In this document: positions 26,448 to 32,350 of the stretch, piece after piece
Layout: each line of letters begins with the position of its first letter
How positions within the stretch are numbered: the first letter of the stretch is position 1
Assembly: GCA_035760765.1 (NCBI GenBank)
Contig: DASTSJ010000188.1
Span: 1 to 32,350, forward strand
Direction: 5' to 3'
Length of the DNA stretch: 32,350 bases
DNA from: Edaphobacter sp.
GTDB taxonomy: Bacteria; Acidobacteriota; Terriglobia; Terriglobales; Acidobacteriaceae
Notes under the pieces: generated by a model
What the model was told of the DNA's origin: nothing
The model's input: only the letters and a program-made list of their open reading frames with translations
Database searches by the model: none
Made by a program: the position numbers and the translations under genes

Positions 26448-28321
26448 GAAAATCCCTCCGTCTCAGCAGCCTGCACTGGAGCTTCACTATCTACTATGGC
26501 TACAGTGTCTTCACCAAACTGCATATCGTAAAGTCGGTGGTAGGTTCCTGATTTTTTCATCAGCTCATCGTGTGAACCTACCTCTGTAATTCTTCCCTCT
26601 TCAAGAACCATGATCTTGGTTGCTCTGCGCACAGTAGAGAGCCTGTGTGCGATGACGAAGACCGTTCGTCCCTGCATCAGGTTGGCGAGCGCGGCCTGCA
26701 CGTACTGCTCGCTCTCAGTATCGAGGGCGCTGGTAGCTTCATCCAGGATCAAAATCGGGGCGTTCTTGAGAATGGCGCGAGCGATGGCCAGTCGCTGCCG
26801 CTCGCCTCCGCTGAGCCGCAGGCCCTTTTCGCCGATGCGCGTGTTGTAGCCATCGGGCATCTTCATGATGAAGTCATGAGCGAGCGCCATGCGCGCCGCC
26901 TCCTCTACCCTGCTGAGAGGAATGTCGGGCTGGCCGTAGGCAATGTTGTTCCGCACCGTGTCGTTGAAGAGAACCGTCTCCTGCGTGACCTTACCGATCT
27001 GCTGCCGCAACGAGGCAATTGTTACGTCGCGAACGTCATAGCCGTCAATGATGATCCGCCCCTTAGTAACGTCGAAGAATCGCGGAAGAAGATTGACCAG
27101 CGAGGATTTGCCGGCACCGCTCGGGCCCACGAATGCGATGACCTCGCCGGGCTTCACATCGAGGTTGATGTCGTGCAGAACCTGCGTCGTTGTACCTTCC
27201 TCATCGGCGTATCCGAAGCCGACATGCTCAAACCGAATTCCCTGGTGGAAGCCCTTGAGCACGTGGGCACGACGCTTCTCGCGAACATCATCCTGTGCGT
27301 CCATGAACTTGAAGATGTCTTCGCTGGCGCCGAGGGCCTGCTGGAAGCTGTTGTAGAAGAGAGCGAACTTCCGGACGGGATCATACAGGGTAAAGACAGC
27401 CACGAGAAATGCGATGAAGGAACCCGCCGTCATCTCGTGGTGCTGAATCCGCCCTCTGCCAAGAAGAAGCAGCAAAGCGATGCCCACGGAGCCCAGCGCA
27501 TCCATGAGGGGTGAGCTGATTGCCTGCACGCTGACAGACTTCAGGTTTGCCCGGAACAGCCTGCGCGCCGCCCTGCGGAAGCGATTCATCTCCCACAGCT
27601 CCATCCCGAAGGCCTTTACGATGCGGTTGCCTGTGATGGTCTCGTGCAGGATGTTCTGAATCTCGGCGAGCTTGTCCTGTCCTTTGCGGGTCGTCTGACG
27701 AACTCGGCGGCCGATGCGTCGGGCAGAGGAGATAACGACGGGAACAAAGAGAAGAAGGACCCATGCGAGCTTGCCACCCACTACGATAACCACGCCTGCG
27801 GTGAAAAGCAGTGTGAACAGCTGCTGCAGGAAATCGCCGAGAACGCTGGACATGGCGTACTGCACCCGCTCGATGTCGTTAATCAGCGTGGAAAGCAGCG
27901 TTCCCGTCGTGTGCTTCTGGAAGAAGGCGACTGATCGTCGCAGAACCGCGTCGTAAAGATCGTTTCGCAGATCGGTGATCATGCCGAAACCGGCATAGTT
28001 GACCAGATACGTCCCCAGGTAATCGCACACGGACTTGAGTAGCGCGGAGACAATCAAGGCGTAAGCAACGACGGTCCAAGCGTTATGGAAGTGGCTGGGA
28101 ACGAGGAATTGAAGATTCAGCTCGCGATTGATGTGCGGAAGGTGAAATTTGAGGACGTCATTGGAGACGGCGTCCGGGCTGAGCACATTGTCGAAGATCG
28201 GCTTGACCAGCAGGATGCGGAACGCTGCCATCGCTCCTACGGTTGCCATAAGAACAACGGAGGCGAAGAGGTGCAGGAGGTATGGTCTTACGTAGAGCAG
28301 CAATCGCCACACACGCTTCAT
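26444..28321 (-). CDS. ABC exporter, MsbA-like lipid A flippase (TMD + NBD)
   Basis: TM domain, Walker A 'GPSGAGKS', signature 'LSGGERQR', Walker B 'ILILDEATSALD', 'IAHRLST'. Lies in an LPS-gene neighbourhood. Confidence 0.9.
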   Translation of the reverse strand: MKRVWRLLLYVRPYLLHLFASVVLMATVGAMAAFRILLVKPIFDNVLSPDAVSNDVLKFHLPHINRELNLQFLVPSHFHNAWTVVAYALIVSALLKSVCDYLGTYLVNYAGFGMITDLRNDLYDAVLRRSVAFFQKHTTGTLLSTLINDIERVQYAMSSVLGDFLQQLFTLLFTAGVVIVVGGKLAWVLLLFVPVVISSARRIGRRVRQTTRKGQDKLAEIQNILHETITGNRIVKAFGMELWEMNRFRRAARRLFRANLKSVSVQAISSPLMDALGSVGIALLLLLGRGRIQHHEMTAGSFIAFLVAVFTLYDPVRKFALFYNSFQQALGASEDIFKFMDAQDDVREKRRAHVLKGFHQGIRFEHVGFGYADEEGTTTQVLHDINLDVKPGEVIAFVGPSGAGKSSLVNLLPRFFDVTKGRIIIDGYDVRDVTIASLRQQIGKVTQETVLFNDTVRNNIAYGQPDIPLSRVEEAARMALAHDFIMKMPDGYNTRIGEKGLRLSGGERQRLAIARAILKNAPILILDEATSALDTESEQYVQAALANLMQGRTVFVIAHRLSTVRRATKIMVLEEGRITEVGSHDELMKKSGTYHRLYDMQFGEDTVAIVDSEAPVQAAETEGFS

Positions 28322-28398
28322 GCTGCTACTCTCCTGTCTTCGAAAATCCGGGGCATCTCTCTATTCTATTCGCCTGCCGCGAGAGGCGGATGGCCGGG

Positions 28399-29304
28399 CT
28401 AACGCGGCATATCGCGATGCGACGTCTTGACGCGATAGCCAGCTGCTGCCAGACGCTTCTTCATCTCCTCTGCAATGAAAACTGATCGATGCTGGCCTCC
28501 CGTGCAGCCGAAGGCGACCGTCAGATAGCTCTTTCCCTCCTTGATGTAGTGGGGCAGGAGGAATTTAAGCATGTCCATGGTCCGGTCGAGAAATTCGGAA
28601 GTTTGCGGAAAGTCACGCACGTACTTCGCCACTTTCGGATGCTTCCCGGTCAGCTTGCGAAACTCAGGAACGAAGTGCGGATTGGGAAGGAAGCGAACGT
28701 CGAAGACAAGATCCGCTTCCGCCGGCACTCCATTCTTGAAGCCGAAACTGTTCGAGGAGATGGTCAGGTTGCGATCGCTCTCGTCGCGCTCGAACTGTGC
28801 GCCGATATGAGCGCGCAGATCGTGTACGGTGAACTTGGTGGTATCGAGAATAATGTCGGCGACGTTGCGGATTGGATCGAGTCGCTTGCGTTCTGCTCGT
28901 ATGGATTGCACGACGGTGTCGGTGCGGCCCATCGGATGGGGTCGACGGGTCTCAGAGAATCTGCGAATGAGAGCTTCGTCACTTGCCTCCAGATAAAGCA
29001 CGCGCGTCGGCAGGACTCTGCGAACTTTCTTCAGGATCGCAGGAAAATCCTCGAGCCGCATTCCCTCGCGCACATCAACGACCAGGGCGGCACGTTCAAT
29101 CTCAGTCGACTGACGAACCAAATCTGCGAATTGCGGAACGAGGTCAAGCGGAAGATTGTCTACGGAGTAGAAACCGAGATCTTCGAATGTCTTGAGCGCG
29201 GAGAGCTTTCCGGAGCCGGAGAGCCCCGTGAGTATCACCAGCTCTTTGCTGGCAGGCCTTACAGTTTTTGACTTTGCCGTTTTCTTTGGTTGCTTCCGGG
29301 GCAT
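28399..29304 (-). CDS. rapZ: RNase adapter protein RapZ
   Basis: 'LTGLSGSGK', 'VDNLP', 'RRFSETRRPHP', 'SFGFKNG', 'DVRFLPNP', 'GCTGGQHRSV'. ATG 29304 chosen as start. Confidence 0.95.
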   Translation of the reverse strand: MPRKQPKKTAKSKTVRPASKELVILTGLSGSGKLSALKTFEDLGFYSVDNLPLDLVPQFADLVRQSTEIERAALVVDVREGMRLEDFPAILKKVRRVLPTRVLYLEASDEALIRRFSETRRPHPMGRTDTVVQSIRAERKRLDPIRNVADIILDTTKFTVHDLRAHIGAQFERDESDRNLTISSNSFGFKNGVPAEADLVFDVRFLPNPHFVPEFRKLTGKHPKVAKYVRDFPQTSEFLDRTMDMLKFLLPHYIKEGKSYLTVAFGCTGGQHRSVFIAEEMKKRLAAAGYRVKTSHRDMPR

Positions 29305-29358
29305 GACTGGAATCGTAGCACCAGTCACGCCCTTTAGAAGCAAAGCGGATAGAGGGAT

Positions 29359-29988
29359 TTACGGAACTTCAATGACTTCCATTTTGCCGTCCCGTTTACG
29401 GTGCAGGACCAGCGCCTGGCCGCCATGATCGCGAAAGACAAACACCTCCCGGTCGCGGAAGGCGGCTTCTTTCACTGCTTCTTCAAGCGACATCGGACGA
29501 ATAGCCACGCCGTCGTTCGACCGGACAAGATGCGGCTCCGCCAATGGAGTCTCCGAGGGAAAGGAATGAACCAGCATGGTCACAGCTTTGCGCGCGGACC
29601 CGTTCTGGGAGCCGTTGGCTTTCTGGGCCTTCTTTATCTCAGCGGCTCCGTCCGCTGGCGGCGCTAGTGCAACCTGCCGGACACCCTCCCGGGAGTTGCG
29701 CTTGATCGTGGTCTTTTTCTTCTTTTGACGAATTGCCTGCTTTTCGAGAGCGGCGAGCGCATCGCGCAGGGCCGTCTCCATGTCGGTCGCTTCACAGGCA
29801 GCAACCAGCTTGAGGCTCGGCGTCTGCACGGTCAATTCGGCCATGTGACGATATTTTTCCGTGGTGAGGATGACGTGCACGCTGCCTGCAGCTCCAAGCA
29901 CCTTTTCGATGCGAGCGATTCCTGCTTCGGTCTGAGCCTTTATCTTTTTTGTGATCGTTGTCTGTCTACCGGTGTAATCCAGATTCAT
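29359..29988 (-). CDS. hpf: Ribosome hibernation promoting factor (long HPF)
   Basis: N-terminal 'MNLDYTGRQ' S30AE domain and C-terminal 'PMSLEEAV...FVFRD....VLHRKRDG' domain. Directly follows rpoN. Confidence 0.9.
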   Translation of the reverse strand: MNLDYTGRQTTITKKIKAQTEAGIARIEKVLGAAGSVHVILTTEKYRHMAELTVQTPSLKLVAACEATDMETALRDALAALEKQAIRQKKKKTTIKRNSREGVRQVALAPPADGAAEIKKAQKANGSQNGSARKAVTMLVHSFPSETPLAEPHLVRSNDGVAIRPMSLEEAVKEAAFRDREVFVFRDHGGQALVLHRKRDGKMEVIEVP

Positions 29989-30021
29989 CGGTGTACCTCG
30001 TGTGGAACATCTTACGCCGGT

Positions 30022-31704
30022 TCAACGGACACGGCGCTGATGGGTACTCGGAATCTGCATATCTTCGCGGTACTTCGCTACGGTGCGACGGGTGACCTGT
30101 ATCCCCTGGCGCTGAAGCTCTGCTGCAAGCTGATCATCTGTCAAGGGCTTGCGAGGATCTTCATCTTCAATCAGCTTTTTAACCTTACGCTTGAGGAGGA
30201 CCAGAGGCAGATCTCCGCCCTCGGGCCCATTGACGCCCTCCGAGAAGAAGAAGCGAAGCTCATAGACGCCCTGCGGAGTGTGCACGTATTTGTTTGCCAC
30301 TGCCCGGCTTACCGTGGACGGGTGGACCCCGATCTCCTCGGCGACTTCCTTGATCATCATCGGCTTAAGAGCTTCTACACCCCGCTCCAGAAACTCCGTC
30401 TGACGCCGAACGATCACCTCGCAGGTACGCACAATCGTGTTTTTCCTCTGCTCGATATTCCGAAGCAGCTGAATTGCCGATTTGTAGCGCTCCTTGACGT
30501 ACTCCTTAACCTCTTTATCCGTCTGCTTCTCCTGCAGCATGCGCCGGTAGTTGTGGTTCAGGCGAAGCGCCGGCATATCCTCGTCATTGACAAGGACGAC
30601 GTATTGATCGTCGCGCTTTACGAAGGCGACATCCGGCTCAATCAGACGGGTCTCTGCGTGGTTATAGCGCTGGCCGGGACGGGGGTCGAGAGAACGGATC
30701 AATTCAACTGCCGCCTGCACCTCTTCGCTCGATCGACCGCAGCTGCGCGTCAGCTCGCGCATGTCTTTCTTCTGAAGCAGCGGCAGGCAGTTCTCGACGA
30801 TAAAGGACGCTGCCGTAAAGACGTCGTTCTTGTCAGCAACAATCGCATCAGAATTCAAAGCAGCCTTTGCGTGGCTATTGCTCGCAGCGTGTTCCTGTCG
30901 GCGGCGAAGCATCATGGCAGCTTCGTTTCGCTGGGCTGCGATCTGGATGAGCAGGCACTCGCGCAGGTCACGCGCACCCACGCCTACCGGATCGAGATTG
31001 TTTACGACGGAACGCGCCTGTCGAACAATCTCCAGCAGGGCGTCTTGCTCGGTCGGGTCTGCGGAGGCTGCTAGTTCGATATGTGCCGGCACGGCGTCTT
31101 CGTGCTCGCCAGCGCCCGCTATGGCGGACGTAGCATCGGGCAAATGAAATGGAATCGCCTGAGCGGAAGATTGCAGCTGCAGAAGCGAATCGGCCAGCTC
31201 TTCATCGGTCGCCGTCAGGTATCCATTCTCGTTCAGATTCCCAATGACGAGCTCTGCCGCGGCGCGCACGTCGGGCTCAAGATTAATGGCTCCCAACTGC
31301 CAGAGAAGATGGTCGCTGAGGCTGCTGGGCCGCGAGAGAAAGCTTTCGAGTGAAGGCTTGTCATACTCCTCAAAGTTGGAGGAGGTTCGGAAGCCGGGAT
31401 CGAGATACTCCTGGAAGTAACTGCCAAAATCGATCTCCTCGAAAGGATCTTTTTCGCCACGTTCTCCTTCGGCTACAACCTCTTCCGCGGAGCGCTCTCT
31501 GTCACCCTCAAGACCGGCGCGCTCATCGAGCGAAAGACCGCTCTCCTCGATCTCTTCCAGGACAGGATTCTCAATGATCTCGGTGTTGATCATCTCCTTC
31601 AACTCAAGCTTATTGAGAGCAAGCACACTGACCATCTGCACCAGGCCAGGAGTCAGAATCTGGCGCTGAGAGACTTTCAGGTTGAGCTTAGGTTGCAGGA
31701 GCAC
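30022..31704 (-). CDS. rpoN: RNA polymerase sigma-54 factor
   Basis: Region I 'QRQILTPGLVQ...ENPVLE', 'DPVGVGARDLRECL', HTH 'VAEEIGVHPSTVSRA', RpoN box 'TRRTVAKYRE'. Confidence 0.97.
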   Translation of the reverse strand: MLLQPKLNLKVSQRQILTPGLVQMVSVLALNKLELKEMINTEIIENPVLEEIEESGLSLDERAGLEGDRERSAEEVVAEGERGEKDPFEEIDFGSYFQEYLDPGFRTSSNFEEYDKPSLESFLSRPSSLSDHLLWQLGAINLEPDVRAAAELVIGNLNENGYLTATDEELADSLLQLQSSAQAIPFHLPDATSAIAGAGEHEDAVPAHIELAASADPTEQDALLEIVRQARSVVNNLDPVGVGARDLRECLLIQIAAQRNEAAMMLRRRQEHAASNSHAKAALNSDAIVADKNDVFTAASFIVENCLPLLQKKDMRELTRSCGRSSEEVQAAVELIRSLDPRPGQRYNHAETRLIEPDVAFVKRDDQYVVLVNDEDMPALRLNHNYRRMLQEKQTDKEVKEYVKERYKSAIQLLRNIEQRKNTIVRTCEVIVRRQTEFLERGVEALKPMMIKEVAEEIGVHPSTVSRAVANKYVHTPQGVYELRFFFSEGVNGPEGGDLPLVLLKRKVKKLIEDEDPRKPLTDDQLAAELQRQGIQVTRRTVAKYREDMQIPSTHQRRVR

Positions 31705-31909
31705 GTCTGTTGATCCTCGGTAAAGCCGGTCAGATTTTGAGATATGGGATGGACTGCTTCATTACCCACGTCGATCATGATGATCGGTTGAATGCGTCCA
31801 GATCACCAGTCTACACGCTTGCACGACCTCATTGCTGTAAGTCTATCTCGGTGGGCGTTTTCGCGCGTCCCACAGCGGAGAGCCATCTTACAACAGAAGT
31901 TGTACCTGG

Positions 31910-32350
31910 TCAGTCCATTGAGAACTTTTCTCCCAGGTAGACCTTGCGAACCTCGGGATCTCTGCCCAGATCGCCAGGTGTTCCAGCGCGAAAGATCTTG
32001 CCTTCATTGATGATGTAAGCTCGATCGGTAACCGACAGGGTCTCGCGAACGTTGTGATCCGTGATGAGAACACCGATGCCGGATCGCTTGAGATCAAAGA
32101 TGATCTCCTGCAGATCGATCACAGCGATAGGATCGATCCCGGAAAATGGTTCGTCCAGCAGAATGAATGCGGGATTGATAGCCAGGCACCGGGCGATCTC
32201 GACACGCCGCCTCTCGCCACCGCTGAGAGCGTAACCCCTGGTCTTGCGGACATGAGACAAGTTCAGCTGTTCAATCAATTTCTCGGAGCGTGTTCTCCGA
32301 GCCTCCCAGCTGAGCGGCTGGGTCTCCAGCACGGCCAGGATGTTGTCCTC
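31910..32350 (-). CDS. lptB: LPS export ABC transporter ATP-binding protein (3' part; truncated at the window edge)
   Basis: '[13 protein letters not shown]', '[11 protein letters not shown]', '[11 protein letters not shown]', 'VYLGEKF'. Canonical position before rpoN. Confidence 0.95.
   Translation of the reverse strand, partial: EDNILAVLETQPLSWEARRTRSEKLIEQLNLSHVRKTRGYALSGGERRRVEIARCLAINPAFILLDEPFSGIDPIAVIDLQEIIFDLKRSGIGVLITDHNVRETLSVTDRAYIINEGKIFRAGTPGDLGRDPEVRKVYLGEKFSMD

Noticed and set aside
29725-31074. 449-aa plus-strand ORF
   Set aside because: Antisense shadow of rpoN/hpf with no domain features.
31820-31836. TTGCAC-N7-TTGC as a sigma54 autoregulatory promoter
   Set aside because: Lacks the -24 GG, the spacing is wrong, and it is on the strand opposite rpoN.

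Overview
Mostly core-genome window from a GC-rich bacterium, most likely an Acidobacteriaceae member (inferred from gene content and order, not from a search). From left to right it holds a truncated Tat-signal ORF, SnoaL-like and VOC/PhnB genes, a secreted GH106-type glycosidase, tatD-yajQ between two REP-like repeats, a polyprenyl synthase, and a yitJ-like metH-N/metF fusion with xseB. Next come a Cys-rich lipoprotein, bshB1, a membrane GGDEF cyclase, an lpxL-lpxD-P-loop protein operon, a SYLF protein, an atypical LuxR-type regulator, dcd, HU/IHF and priA. The right end has three exported-protein genes (PEP-CTERM-like, Tat cupin, lipoprotein RNase T2) and the run lptB-rpoN-hpf-rapZ-msbA-yicC-gmk-rpoZ-udg. 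I saw no rRNA, tRNA, CRISPR array, transposase or phage gene. The most interesting signals lie at 16.6-18.8 kb. They are a degenerate-receiver LuxR regulator with a VpsT-like W-x-x-R motif, a candidate ~90-nt sRNA just downstream, a near-palindromic motif shared by that candidate and the dcd/HU promoter region, and a long rod-shaped RNA structure after HU. At least eight genes also look leaderless. All functional interpretations are unverified hypotheses made by eye.
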